A stretch of 64,000 nt of DNA. Origin: the human T2T-CHM13v2.0 reference genome, Homo sapiens. Position numbers and translations under genes: made by a program. The stretch is from NCBI RefSeq assembly GCF_009914755.1, contig NC_060926.1. One strand, 5' to 3'. Of this stretch, positions 14,355 through 32,220 are shown piece after piece; within the stretch, counting starts at the first letter, position 1; the number at the start of each line of letters is the position of its first letter. Under the pieces are notes generated by a model that made no database searches, was not told the DNA's origin, and worked only from the letters and a program-made list of their open reading frames with translations.

Positions 14355-15834
14355 CTATGAGAATAACAGTCATTAATGATGAGCTAAAGAATTCTGAAAA
14401 GCCTAATCATGAAGATAAAAATTATTTATAAGTGATCAAGACTAATCTCAACTTTGGGTAAAACTATCAAATAATTTAGCAATTTCAATAATAACATCTA
14501 ACAACATCAATATAATAATATAGTGTTATATTTGTATTAACTCATTTAATCCTCACAAAATGTACAATATTATACCTTATAAGGAAGTGTTATTACTGCC
14601 ATTCCCATTTTACATGTGAAAGCTAATACACAAAGAGGTAAGGTAACTTGACCAAGATCACATAGCCGAGACTGAAATACAGGCAGTTTTACTCCAGAGT
14701 CCAGTGCTTTTATGTGCTATGCTATCCACTATCTTTCAGTTAAGAATGAATTAACCAACTTGTCATCCCTTTCCAATCTTTCTTTTGGATTATAAAATTA
14801 TATCAAACCCATATAAATCCAGCAATAGTACTACTCTTGCTTATTGGTAAAATCTAAATTAACAGTAAAACTATCCTTACGTGCTTAAACAATTTCACTA
14901 ATCTCATGATTTTAGTGGATAAAAATAAGACTGAATTAAGGATGTAGAGATATCAGAGGTCATTCATAAACTCAATTGTTATTTTCTGGGCATCTAATAT
15001 GGGCAAAGCACTGGGTTACAGAAGTGAACAATACAGATGTGGTTCCTGTCCTCAGGGAACTCTTTGCATTGTCTATTTCTATGAATCTTATAAATTGTAA
15101 CACGTTTTCAAGTAGATGAGATATTGCTAATTAAAAAAAAAAATTAGCCTAATTCTCTCACCCTGATGAGAAAGACCAGTGTGGCAGTGGGAGAGGAAGA
15201 TGAAAGAAAATATGTATTCCCTTATGGAAAGATGTCATCAGAACTCAAGTGCAGTCCTTACACTAAATATGCAAACCCTTCAATTAAATCATCCCAATTT
15301 TCTGTAATAATCACTGTTCATATTCAGATTCAGCTATTATTTATTGAGTATCCACAATTTATTAGAAACCAGGGATTTTGTTTCCATTTAAATGATGATG
15401 ATTATGATAATGGCTAAATATAGTGAGCACCTCCTGTTGTGTATCAGACATTGTTCCAAGCACTTTACAACTTCTACTCATTTAATCCTCATAATAATCC
15501 TATGAGAGAAATCCTATTATTATCCCCAATATACAGACGAGAAAATTGGCACAGAAATGTAAGGAACTTGTTCAAGATCTCAAAACTAGTAATGATGGAG
15601 ATGGGATTGGATTCCAAGTTGTTTGGCTTGAGGCCACACTCTTGTCTCTCAATTGATGAAATGAGATTTCTTTGCTTAGATTCCCTTCAAGATTGTTGCT
15701 ATGTAAAATTCTTTTTATAGCCTCAGAAATTGAATCTCTTAGTAAAATGCCAATTCAAAACAAAATATTAAACAATGTTTAATACATAATTCTTAAGAAC
15801 ATATACTTACTCAAAAAATTTCTAAGTAACACTT

Positions 15835-16017
15835 TTTTTTAAAGGTACAGATAGTAAATATTTTAGGCTTCTGGGCCACATGGTATTGCAATTCAGCTCT
15901 GCCTCTGCAGTGCTAAAATGGCCATAGACAATTTGTAAATAGATGAGAGTGGCTGTGTTCTAATACAATCTTATTTACAAAACCAGCAGCTGACCCAACA
16001 TAGTTTGCCAACCTCTG
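15835..16017. mobile_element. MER58-like hAT-Charlie relic
   Basis: AGATAGTAAATATTTTAGGCTT...TAGTTTGCCAAC motifs. Confidence 0.7.
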
Positions 16018-17291
16018 TTCGTCTACCTACTTTAATGAGAAGAAGTAATGTACTCTGTCAAAATACTTACAAGTTCAATATTTTATATCCATTTCCTTCT
16101 TTATCAAGTCTTTATTAAGATAACATGAAGAAAAGTTATAAATTAGCACATATTTTAAATAAAGTTAAATAAAACCTCATTTACTTCTCCAATACAAACA
16201 TATTTCCCTAATGCAAAAATTTGCTCGGCTTAAAACATTAGTAAATCATGTAAAAGAATAAATCCCTAGTGGCCATAAAGTCTAAATGGTAAATTAGTTG
16301 GATCAACCAGCTGCCCATTGGAGCAACCGTGGTTAATTTACCCTTATAACTAAAAAAGAAAAACATTTAATATTAAGAGCTACCAGTTTTCTATGATTGC
16401 CCAATACCAGACACTTCATAGCTATTACCACTAAACTTTAAAACAAGGCTGCAAGGTAAAATAGATAATATCATTTTCTCAACTAGGAAACCCTTTCAGA
16501 GTTTAAGAAAACTGCCCCAGGGCAAACAGCAGAGCTCTTATTCAATCTCAGCTTTGATAACCAAGAAACACTACTCTCCATCAAATCATCCTGCTACCTT
16601 CTCTGATTTTGTTTCATAAAATAAGTTTTATTAAACCAACACATCTTTTTTCAATACTGTCTATGGGCAAAGCCCTATGCTAGGTCTTTGATGACACAAA
16701 TATAAAACAAGGCTATGGCCTTCAAGGGTTTACAAACCAGTATGGAAGACAAAACAAACATACACAAAGTTAAATTAAAATATTTAAGTATAGTTATCAG
16801 CAACACTCATATTATGCAGTAGTGCAAAACTGCCAAATGAATTATACAGAAAATAACTGAAACATCACCTGAGGCTTAGACAATTAGAGAAAACTGAATG
16901 TTAGCTTTCTAAGAGAAGTAGAAAAAGGAGAAATAAAAATCAAAACAAAGAGGGGAAAGTGCCTTAAGAAAAAGAAATAGAAACTTGGGAGATTATGAGG
17001 ATTAAGCTGCTACATTAAGTGTGAACGTCAGTCCAATACTTGATGAGTCTGCAGACACATGAATGGGAACCAAAGCAGCCTTGGGGTTTTCCCTCTGGTT
17101 ACCCTACCCAGGAAGGTTTAGAAACCTAGTGCAGGATGTGACAGGGCTAAGTAGCATCATGTCCACTTAAAGCCTTCTTTTATCCACATCTTTCTTTGCT
17201 CTTACAATACAAACTACCCTGGTGCCACTATCAGAAATTGTAATATTGTATTTTTAAGCAGAGCAAACTAGCTATCACACTATATGCTTAC

Positions 17292-17379
17292 CTTAAAATT
17301 ACAGCTAATAGTTTAGAAAGGGTAAATCTATCTCCACTGTTACTTGGAAATACTGCAGCAAGGATTAAGGTAAAAAGTC
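17292..17379 (-). CDS. SLC35F5: SLC35F5 coding exon 9 ([28 protein letters not shown])
   Basis: atag| acceptor, |GTAAGC donor, 88 nt. Confidence 0.94.
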
Positions 17380-17981
17380 CTATGAGGAGAAAAGAATTTA
17401 AAAATGGTACATGAGTTTAAATACTGTCAACATTTTTACTACCAACTTCATTGTTTAAATAAGCAAATTATATACCTACCTTTCAAATTATTTTTGTCAC
17501 TCTTAACTAAGAAAATGACTGCAGTTAAGTAATGACTAGACTGAAATGTTTAAAGTTCATGCATAAAATAGCCTCCAAACTAAACCATGTTTATTTCAAC
17601 AGTACAGATCAAGTACAGTCCTATTTATTTTAAACTAATAGGAAACTTAAATCTTATTCAGAGTAACATGCTGACTTCATCATAATCAAGCCTGTGTCCC
17701 TAAAGTTATTTTTATAGCTTTAAAAATACTTTTGTCTTCCAGATTTGAAAGGTGATTCAATCTTAAAAATAAAACACCTATCATAGGGCAAATTATAGTT
17801 CTGAAATAAGCAATTACATTTTAGCCAAAGGGTCTAGAAAAAGATCTCTGGAAAGGATGTGTGAAGGGAAAGGCAACTACAATACAAAAGGCCAGCCTAT
17901 AAAACTGTAATATGTTGTTATATAAAAAATATTGTAAAGTATTTGAAGGAACATAAATAGCACAGGCTAAGGCATGAAACT

Positions 17982-18328
17982 ACAGTCATGCTTAACAACA
18001 GGGATAAATACAGAGAAAATGTGTGTCGTTAGGCAATGTCATCCTTGTGCCACCATCATAGAGCATACTCACACAAACCTAAATGGTATAGCCTACTACA
18101 CAGCTAGGCTATATGCTATAAGCCTATTGCTTGTAGGCTACCAACTTATATGGCATGCTACTGTATTGAATACTGTAGGCAACTGTAACACAATGGTAAG
18201 TATTTGTGTATCCAAACATATTTAAACATAGAAAAGGTACAGTAAAAATACAGTATTATAATCTTATGGGACCACCATCGTATATGCAGTCTGTTGTAGA
18301 CTGAAACATCATATGCAGCACCTGACTG
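17982..18328. mobile_element. Tigger3a/MER7-like DNA transposon relic
   Basis: Termini CAGTCATGC...GCACCTGACTG flanked by TA. Confidence 0.8.
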
Positions 18329-18482
18329 TATACAGATTAAAAGGCAGTTATAATAGACTAATGTATATTAGAACTAATGTAAGAAGCTGTAACAAGATAA
18401 AAATGTTGTACATGTACACACATATATACCAGAAATACATACACTGATTTATAATGCAGATTTTTAAAGACAAATTTCTTAC

Positions 18483-18564
18483 CGGAAGTTGAAGATAAAA
18501 TATTAACTATAGCAACTTGTGTGTCTGAAAGTGCTTCTTGATATGACAAATTTGCCAAAAACCA
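18483..18564 (-). CDS. SLC35F5: SLC35F5 coding exon 8 ([27 protein letters not shown])
   Basis: ttag| acceptor, |GTAAGA donor, 82 nt; EamA/DMT-like motif. Confidence 0.95.
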
Positions 18565-18866
18565 CTAAAGAAAAAGAAAACCAAAGTGAACCCTAATGAA
18601 AGACATGTTTACATCTGTCATTACAATTCAGAATTCCCTTTTTGTTCTCCTCCTAAATACCGTTCTCACAAGATGTTTTAAAAGCTGCTTTGTATTGAAA
18701 AAATCACAGGCTCCCAAAAAAGACAAACATTTATAATCAGACCTAAGACCATGCTACCCAATTTCCCTTAAAATTTAACAATAGTTGGTTAACAATTAGC
18801 ATTCAGGTTTTTTTTTTTAATGAGTAAAATCAAGTATCAAATCAATTTAAAAATTTGCTTTATCTA

Positions 18867-19160
18867 GGCTGCGCGTAGTGGCTCATGCCTGTAATCCCAG
18901 CACTTTGGGAGGCTGAGGTGGGTGGATTGCTTGAGCCCAGAAAGACCAGCCTGGGCAACACAGTGAAACCCCATTTCTACAAAAAAAAAAAATACAAAAA
19001 TTAGCCAGGCGTGGTAGTGCACACCTGTAATCCCAGCTACTCAGGAGGCTGAGGTGGGAGGATTACTTGAGCCTGGGAGGTTGAGGCTGCAGTGAGGCAT
19101 AACTGCCTCACTGCACTTCAGCCTAGGTGACAGAGAGACCATTTCTCAAAAAATAAAAAA
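18867..19160 (+). mobile_element. AluJ
   Basis: Alu body; TSD-like GCTTTATCTA on both sides. Confidence 0.9.
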
Positions 19161-20649
19161 ATCGCTTTATCTAAGTACTGCTGACACTCTGTTAAGTTTA
19201 TCTAAATCATATTTAAATTTGAGAAAATTCTCCAACATTAGAATATATACAGATGAATACAGCATAATGAGAAATCTATTAAACCAGATGATGTGCATGG
19301 ATATGGATGGACCTAGCTAGCTAGCTGGATTGAAAAAAGGCTATATTCACTTTGGAAATTTAGAAATGTCCTATGAAAATGATAATTTATTGATTAATTG
19401 TGATTGCTTTTCTGAATCTCAGTTTGGAAACACAACCCAAAGAGTTCTCATAACTTTGGATACAGTGAAGGAAGTTTTCCAGCTATCAGGACTTTTTTAA
19501 AAAAATTCTTTCTTCTCTTCCACTTATCTAGGTTAGGATGGAGAATAAGAAATAATGCTTTTTTTGATGAAGGTTGGCAGGATGTGTGTGTGTCCAAAGT
19601 TCAGTAATTTTCACTGATAATTCATCCATTTTTTTGTGGATAACACTTTTTTACTATCTGAAACAATGCTACTATGAATATCTTAATTCTAGTACACACC
19701 TGCCACCTGGTGCATAAGTACATGAGTGTCACCAAAGCATATACTAAGAGGTAGATTGCTGGGTCAAGCAAACTAAACTAATGGCTAGTTTTTGGTGTCT
19801 CTGTTACTTACACTGGTTGACTCGAAGAGTTATTCCACCAAATGACTTATTTCTATTAAGAGAAGAACATCTCTCGATCTCTCTCAGAGCTTGTGGCTGA
19901 GTAGTTTTACACTAGTATTTACATTGCAAAGAAGTAGTAGAGACACATGATTGTAGAGCACTACCAGAACACAGCAGATGGCTGAGAGCCTAGTAGTCTC
20001 CATTCAGTCCATACTGTACTCAAGGCTAAAGCCAGAATGAAACTGTGGCAACGTGGTTCTGATTCCATCTGCAATCCTTTGATTTCCTAGATAATTTCAC
20101 ATGCCTATCTAGATAAAATGAGTTAACAATTGATGGGCAATATCAAACATATATGGCAAGAGAAGCCACAATCTGCATGCCGATGAAGTGCTAGAAAAGA
20201 AGATTCGACCCTTAATCTTATCTGTCAAAGATTTTCTCCATGAACAGATAATGCTCACAGAGTGATTATTAGCTTTCTTGACCCACTTCTCTTACTATTT
20301 TTATACTTAAATATTGTGCTCATTTTCCAAACAACCTCACTGGTCCATGCTAATGCAAGGTAAATAAATAAAAACAGATCACTTAGATAAGAAGCATTCA
20401 AAGGTCCCAAGAATCCTTCATTAGCTGTGAATTCTTTCCAGAATAACCTTCCCATTCTCTACCTCTCCCCAAACTCCATTCTCTGGCTCTTGTTTCCACA
20501 GCACCCTCATCACCAAAGAAGACCCATCTCAACCATCCTCCAATAGAAATTGTCCATACAACGTCTCCCTTCATTATTTCAGAGTTGAGGATAACCATTT
20601 ATGAATAATTATAGCAAATAATTAATATATTTCATAATTTCATTAGTAA

Positions 20650-21320
20650 TTCATTTTTAAATTGTCATAAAATGTTAATATTTGATAAAAATAGTGTATG
20701 TTCAAGGTATATAACATGATTTAATATACACATGACATTGTCTACTGATTACCATAGTCAAATTAATGAGCACATCCATCATCATCCATAGTTACCATTT
20801 TTCTGTGTGTATATGTGATGAACACACTTAAGAATCTGCTCTTATCAAATTACAAGTAAAGAATATAGTACTGTTATCTGAAGTCTCCATATACATTAGT
20901 TCCCAGAACTTATTCATCTTATAATTGAAATTATGTACTCTTTGACCAACACGTCCCCATTTCCCTACCATTCTACTCTCTGGCAACCACCATTCTACTC
21001 TTTCCTTCTTTTTTAGATTCTACATACATAAGTGAGATCATATTTGTGAGTATTTGACATTCTATGCCTGGCTTATTTCATTTAGCATAATGTCTTTCAG
21101 GTTTGTCCATGTTGTTGCAAATGGCGGATTTCCTTCTTTTTAGAGCTGAATAATATTACATTATGTTCAGCCATGAAAATGTACTATATATATATTCATC
21201 CATCGATAGACACTCAGGTTGTTCCCGTATCTTGTCTATGATGAACACTGTAAAATAAACATGGAGGTACAGATGTCTCTTTGAGATACTGATTTCATTT
21301 ACTTTGGATATGTAGTAAGA
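20650..21320 (-). mobile_element. L1MA/MB 3' end fragment
   Basis: CTGGCTTATTTCATTTAGCATAATG...CATGTTGTTGCAAATGG motifs. Confidence 0.8.
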
Positions 21321-21444
21321 GATATTCTTGATAAAGCCAGTATCACCTAAATTACATTTTACAGAAAAAAAAAAAACAACCTAGTAAGACAAAAGATATT
21401 CAAAGAAGACTGGCAAATACAGTAATCATTAACTCCTTTTGATC

Positions 21445-21776
21445 TACACTGTCCAGTACATTAGACACTAGCCACACATGGCTACTGAGCAATTGAAATT
21501 GGCTGGTCTGAATTGAAAAGTGCTTTAAGTATAATGCATACTGGGTTTAGAAGATTTTAGTACCAAAAAAGAATGTAAACTATCTCATCAATAATTTTTA
21601 CATCAATAATATGTTGAAATAATATTTTTACATATAGTGGGCTAAATACAAATATAATATTGAAATTGATAACATCTGTTTCCTTTTCCTTTTTTAAATG
21701 TATCTACTAGATAATTTAAAACTATGTTTGTGGCCTGCATTTGAGGCTCATGTTATATTTCTATTGAACAGCACTG
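21445..21776. mobile_element. MER33/MER3-like hAT-Charlie relic
   Basis: CACTAGCCACACATGGCTACTGAGC; terminus TTGAACAGCACTG. Confidence 0.7.
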
Positions 21777-21831
21777 CTCTTAACCTTATCTAAAGCTTAT
21801 CATTCTATTAAGCTAGGTTTCCAAAAAGCTA

Positions 21832-22150
21832 GTTTTCTCTCAGTATCTGCAGGGGATTGGGTTCAGGATCCCAACCCCAAAGGTATCAAAATCCAAAGAT
21901 GCTCAAGTCCCTTATATAAAATGGCATAGCATTTGGATACAACCTACACACATCCTCCCATATACGTTAAATCATCTCTAGATTACTTGTACCTAAAACA
22001 ATGTAAATAGTTGTTGTGCTATTGTTTTTCAATCTCTATTATTTTTATCGTTGTATTGCTATTCTTCTATTTTTTCACCTTCATTATTTTTGATCTGCAG
22101 TTGGTTGGATCCAAGGAGGGAGAACTCAAGGATTTGGTGGGCCAACTGTA
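21832..22150. mobile_element. MER2 (Tigger-type) relic
   Basis: GATGCTCAAGTCCCTTATATAAAATGG; terminus GGCCAACTGTA. Confidence 0.8.
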
Positions 22151-22422
22151 TGTCTGGACTATATTCCTCTGACTTCCCAAAGAAATGCCTTTATTTTAGT
22201 GATAACTTGATTAATAATATTCTGCTATGTAAATCAAAAGAAAATCTTTGGGATTTGTAGTATGATAATTACGTATGTAATAAAAATAGTTTAAAGTCTC
22301 ACATATTCATGTTATTAGTTGGGATCTCTGTTTGCTTGTTTTAAATGAGTGTCAGGCAGGACTAAAATGTATTAATTATATGCTACCCAGTTTTCAAAGG
22401 AGATGTGTAATAAAAGCATCTA

Positions 22423-22849
22423 TAGTTGACCCTTGAACAACATGGAGATTAGGGGACAAACCCTCAGGCAATAAAAAATCTGCTATAACTCTTGACTCCC
22501 CCAAAACGTAACTACTGATAGACTACAGGTGACTGGAAACCCTACTAATAACATAAGTAATGATTAACAGGTATTTTGTATGTTGTATGTATTGTATACT
22601 ATATGCTTACAATAAAGTAAGCTAAAGAAATGCTATTAAGAAAATCATAAGAAAGAATATATTTACGACTCATTAAGTGGAAATGAATCATCACAGAAAG
22701 GTCTTCATCCTCGTCATCCTCATGTTGTGTAAGAAGGCTGGGGAAGAGAAGGGATTGGTCTTGCTGTTTTAGGTGTGGCAGAGATAGATGAAAATCTGTG
22801 TGTAAGCATACCTGTGCAATACAGACCCATGTTGTTCAAGGACCAATTG
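22423..22849. mobile_element. Tigger2a/MER28-like relic
   Basis: TIRs AGTTGACCCTTGAACAACATGG ... CCATGTTGTTCAAGGACCAATTG, TA flanks. Confidence 0.8.
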
Positions 22850-23330
22850 TAATACGGTAAAAATTAAAACAAGAGTAAAAAGATAAGAGCCAGATTAAAT
22901 GGGTAATGGAGTGGGAGCTGGCTGTGGAACGTGATGATTGTATCAGAAACTTCAGTTTAAAGGAAGAAAGCTACTTCAGGTGAGCACACAACTCATCCGT
23001 AGGCAGAAAGGCAGGGAGGCAATAGGAAAACCCCTGAGTTACACAGCTTATTGTCTGTTAAAAGGAACTATCTCTCTTCCTTGGAAAAAGCAAACGTTTT
23101 CCTAACGTAAAACTCTGAGAGAAATGTACTATGTAAATTGTTATGTAATAACACTAGTCTTTATAGCAGATTTAAAGGTATGTGCAGATAATAGTGTTTT
23201 TAAAAATTATTTTTTGAAATTACAATATACATAAAATATACCATTTGGATCATTTTTAAGTGTACAGTTAATGGCATAAAGTACATTCACACTGTTATGC
23301 AACCATCACCCCATCCATCCACAGGATTTT

Positions 23331-23630
23331 TTTCTTTTTCTTTTTTTTTGAGACAGACCCTCGCTCAGTCGCCCAGGCTGGAGTACGGTGGCGCCGTATC
23401 GGCTCACTGCAACCTCCACCTCCTGGGTTCAAGCGATTCTCCTGCCTCAGCCTCCTGAGTAGCTGAGACTACAGGTGCACACCACCATGCCCAGCTAATT
23501 TTTGTATTTTTAGTAGAGATGGGGTTTCACCACATTGGCCAGGATGGTCTCAATCTCTTCACCTCGTGATCCACCCACCTCAGCCTCCCAAAGTGCTGGG
23601 ACTACGGGCGTGAGCCACCCAGCCTGGCCA
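23331..23630 (-). mobile_element. AluS in left arm of inverted duplication
   Basis: Full reverse Alu. Confidence 0.9.
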
Positions 23631-23709
23631 GATTTTTTCATCTTATAAAACTGAAATTATCTGTTAGCTCTCTGCTTTCACAATGTATTTTAAGTTGCTA
23701 TTTTTTAAA

Positions 23710-24448
<739 letters not shown>

Positions 24449-25397
24449 TTATTATAATTTCAAAAATTAATTCTTAAAAAGGCTATTATCTGCACATATC
24501 TTTAAATCTGCTATAAAGAATAGTGTTATTAGTAGAGCCAGGGAATGGAGAAAAATGGGCTATTTTAATGAGTATGAAAGGCAAAATCATGACATTAAAA
24601 AAATTTTATAATCAGGCTAATAACATTGACATTAGCATTTCATTGTTTAGGGGTTTAAGATGCTCAGTACAAATTTGAATCTTAAAGGCTCATATTTAAA
24701 AAACCTTGGATTAGGCTACTTCCAATGATGTACACATAAAATATCACAGAAATTCATTTTTTAAATTCTACATGTTAGAGTTCTAACTCAGACAAGTCTC
24801 TAATCCCAGCTTAGCCCAAAATAACAATACTTTATTTACTCCATCATTATTCTATGTGAAATCTTAAGCACAGTTTTCAGTTTCTATCTTTAAAAAGAAA
24901 CTATAAATAATACAACCAGAAATTCTGTAGAAATATACTGAGTACTTGACAAAATAATACTTAACCTCATTTATATGAATATAAAACTGCAAAACACTTA
25001 TTTGAAAAAAATCAATGCATACAGTAAACTCTTATCTGGATATTTACTAGCCTTTGTATATACATATATCACAGTGTAAAATAACTCTATTCATAATTTT
25101 GAGCATGAGGCAATGCTAAATTCTGAAGAACTTCCCAACCTGTGTGTGTTTGTAAGTTTGTGTATATATGTAAATAGCTGAAGTGTTATAGGACTTAATG
25201 AATTCTAACTCTTTGAGGTATATCAAGCATTTATTAATTTTGATACCCTAACTTCCTACCGGTATCAAATAGCAGAGTTTAAAGTCATGATTAAACAACC
25301 TAATTGTCTCACACTTCAATCCTATATTGTTGGTATGTATACAGTCTTAAAATTCAAGTTTCAAACATCATATGCAAACATATCATAAAAGACCTAC

Positions 25398-25585
25398 CAC
25401 AAAGCAAAAAAAAAAGCTAATTTTCGCTACTTGAGTTGCAGTAAGTTTCCCCACAGTTTTCAGTATGGATTCTTGTTCTTTCACAGGATATGACATGCGA
25501 GACAACTTTGCTTCCAATGCATGACTTGACGGAAGCTGTCGAATCTCCATGATATTACTGAACCTCACACGAGACTTTTTGGGGG
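25398..25585 (-). CDS. SLC35F5: SLC35F5 coding exon 7 ([17 protein letters not shown]...KISFFFCFV)
   Basis: taag| acceptor, |GTAGGT donor, 188 nt; ORF 25383..25568. Confidence 0.95.
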
Positions 25586-26418
25586 CTTAAAAGGAAGAGC
25601 ATAATATGAAATAATTAAATAATTCCTCTCCAACAAAAGTCACAAGTTTTAATTTACTGATAAATGTATAAGTTCATCTATGATCAGAGTAAGACAGTCA
25701 AAGTAAACCAAAAAGAGGTATATCATTACCTGAGACAACTTTGTTCACTTAAAAGAGTTAAAAGGAAAAATGATTTCATCTACAAAAATGTTGTAAAAGG
25801 TTTAAAATGAGACCAATATTCAAACAAGGTTTCTGCAATTGTGTACTGTATATACATAACTGCCTATTTCAGGATTTTAGTTTGATTTACTATTTTAGTA
25901 TTCCTAGTAAAACTTTATTTGGATTTTTCCTCACGCATACCCAATTTACGAGAATTAGTTTCTTGGGCAAGCACGCAGAACAATTCTCTATAGGTCCATT
26001 CCTTGCAAGGGAAATTAAGGATAAATACTGCACCTTATGTTAAAGGTGGCATTCTTTACTAAATTCACAGAATCAGCAAAACTCTTATAATTTGCTATTA
26101 GGCTCTTTGAGGGCATATTTAAGAGGATATTATTTGTTTATATATAAGCGTGTGATGCATGTGTGTATGTGTGTATACATATATATGATGAAACCATAGA
26201 GATTTATGGTATTTGGAAATTATTTCCAGTTGAAATAATATAAAAATGATTATACTATATTAGATTCACAATCCAGTCAAACTTCTAGAAGACTATAGGC
26301 TGAGTCAAGACCACATGGAGCAGAACTGCTACATGTTTCAGTCAACCCACATCATCACTAAGTTCTGAAGTGGCTTGAATAAAGGTAAACTTTCTACCCA
26401 TTTCCAAGTTTTGCTTAC

Positions 26419-26500
26419 TTTTTTCAGTATCAATGTTTGTGCTCTCAGGTTTTTCACTTGGAAGATCATGGAATTTCACAGGCACATACAGAGGTTCACT
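26419..26500 (-). CDS. SLC35F5: SLC35F5 coding exon 6 ([27 protein letters not shown])
   Basis: ttccag| acceptor, |GTAAGC donor, 82 nt; ORF 26342..26533. Confidence 0.95.
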
Positions 26501-27171
26501 CTGGAATGTAACAGAAAAAAATATAAACAACAAATATAAAAGCTAACATAGTGGTTAAAATTTAAATGGATAGTACGTAGACACAAATACCATCTAAAAC
26601 GTGGTTGTTCACCACCAAGTTTAAACAGCAATTTTCAAGACTTAAAAAAGGAAACTCAACAGATCCATACAGCTACAATGACAGAAAAGAATCAGTTTAC
26701 AGTTTAGCAATGTAATGTAACAGCATTGGCATATTATGATATCTAATATTTAAATGTCATAAAAACATATCTCTTTCTTAGCTAACAGATTCCATCTCAG
26801 CTAACAGATTCTCTCTCATTCCTTTTCATTCATTTAACAAATGCTCATAGTAGGAGTCTGAGCTCCTACTATGTCAGACGCTGTTCTAAGTCCTGGGGAT
26901 AGAAGGGTGAATAAAAGCAGTCTCTTCCTCAGTGATCATGCAGTCTAACAGGCAAGGCAGATAACAAACTGATAACCAGGTATATAGTATGTATTTATAT
27001 TTACTAAATTGTCTCCTCTTATTATGTAAAACTCAATAAAAAACTAAAATTCTTGAAGACCTTTACACAAAATAGCTACTACTTACCAGTTCTTACTGTG
27101 TATTGAGTACCAACTCTAGAGCAGTTAAACATATATTTCTCATTAGTACTCACAATAATTTTATAGAATAT

Positions 27172-27470
27172 GGCCGGCACAGTGGTTCAGGCCTGTAATC
27201 CCAGAACTTTGGGAGGCGAGGCTGAGGCGGGCAGATCACTTGAGGTCGGGAGTTCGAGACCAGCCTGGCCAACATGGTGAAACCCCATCTCTACTAAAAT
27301 ACAAAAATTAGCTGAGCGTGGTGGTGTGTGCCTGTAATCCCAGCTACTCATGAGGTGGAGGTAGGCAAATTGCTTGAAACCAGGAGACGGAGGTTGTGCA
27401 GTGAGCTGAGATTGCGCCACTGCACTCCAGCTTGGGTGACAGAGCGAGACTCCATCTCAAAATAATAATA
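27172..27470 (+). mobile_element. AluS
   Basis: Full Alu. Confidence 0.9.
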
Positions 27471-28982
27471 ATATTTATACTTTTAGAGAATAAAGCTGAG
27501 GTATAAAGTAATCAGGTAGCAGACAAAACAATTAAAGCCAGGTTTGTCTAACCATGCTCCAAAGGTCCATATTTTTAGGTAGTTATAAATTCCTCAACTG
27601 TTTTTGCAAATGTTCTTCAGATGATCTATATTTAAGGTACAAATCTCCAACTAGGCTGATTCTTCAAAATTAACAGAACTTTTTTTTATTTCTTTGATTT
27701 CTCTTTTAACTCCTGGTACAGAGCTCTACCAACAACAAAAAAAAATTCAGTAAATGAAGGGACAGTGGGTCTGGAAATAGACATAATCTCTTTGTTACAC
27801 TGAAGTTTTCATTACGGCATCTGGCCTAGAGCAATTTGACATATCCATCTTACAGATAATAGTAAGAATTAGTACAAGAGTAACCAGAAGAGCAGGCTGC
27901 CATCTCAACTTTGCCCTCTGTACTGATAGAGACAAATGATATTAAATTATTTTATTGATGCTTAAGATCCCAGGAAAAAAAAATTCTTCATAGTATCTAT
28001 TAACCTACTCTGCATGCCATCGCAGTTCTAAAAAACAGAGAGACAAACAAGAAACTGTGCTGTGAATAAGGTCACCAAGCCAGTGCTTCACAAATTGCTA
28101 TTAAATTTTAGAGTAACTAAAATTTTTCTCAGATAAAATGCCATGTTTGGAAAGAAAACAAGTATCATTAAAAATACATTTTAAAGAGATGCCACCCTGA
28201 GCAACATAGCAAGACCATGTTCCTAAAAAGTAAAAATAAAAAGTTAGTGGTGGAGTATGCTTGTATTTAGGAGGCTGAGACAAGGTGATTGCTTAAGCCC
28301 AGCAGTTGAAAGTTAGAATAAGCCATAATTGTGCCACTGTACTCCACCAGAGGCAATAGACCAAAACCCTGTCTCTAAAAAGAAATCTAAAAATAAAAAA
28401 TAAAAAAAGAGATGCCTGAGTGATCATCTTAAAAAAAGATTTTTATATACTACCTCTCCAACTAGATTACAAATACTTAAAATAAGTGACTATGTCAATT
28501 ACTTTACTTGCTTATTACCTGTCCCCTCGCAAATACGCACACACTCACACACTAAAACAAAGCTGTATCTTCAGAGCCTAGAACGTGTTTAACACAGATT
28601 TGTCACTGTAAAAAATTTGTGGAACAAACGAATAATTTGCCTATATAGTCTCAGTGTCAAAAATATTTGTTTCTAAATGATAATAATAATGTGCATGAAG
28701 TGAAAAAGTTGGTTAGTAACAAAGGATTGTCCTTTATTATTTTCACTCCTGAACCAGTGTTCCCTTCCCCTCTCTCTTCAGAGGCAGCTAAATTGCTTAC
28801 CTCTAGGCCCCAGGTAACCCTAAGGAGAAAAAAAGTACCAAATTACAATCCTAATGATGGGCACCCAATATTGAGCCATATCTATGTTGTAATACAGCTT
28901 TGCTGCCATCAAACCTGTTTCAGTTTTTCCTACCATGGCTCAACCCCACCTCTCTATTCCTGACAAGAAAAGAAGCACTTAC

Positions 28983-29045
28983 CAAAGAACTATTCATAGT
29001 TGTATCTGTTGTGCAAGCAGCAAAGTAACCTTCAGCATCTGCAAA
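28983..29045 (-). CDS. SLC35F5: SLC35F5 coding exon 5 ([21 protein letters not shown])
   Basis: ttag| acceptor, |GTAAGT donor, 63 nt. Confidence 0.93.
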
Positions 29046-29392
29046 CTAAATACAGATAACAAGATACAAAATTCAATGAAACTTACATTATACTGTAGGA
29101 CTAGTCAGACGTAACTCAGATAAATAGAAGCAAAAATCCAGAATCAACCTGTAAGACTAAAACTGTTACTAATAATAATAGCAGCTAATGCCACATATTC
29201 ACCATTGTGAGGTAGGTATTATCTTCATTTTATTGATGAAAAATTTGAGGCTGAGAGATTTTTAATCCTGACAGTCAGGATTAAAACCCAAGTTAGTCTA
29301 AAACCAAAGCTTATGCCCTTTTCGGAACACTACTATAACATTTCAGATAAGTAGGGAAAAGAGGGATGGGTTAGTTAAAAAGGCAAGTAACA

Positions 29393-32220
<2,828 letters not shown>
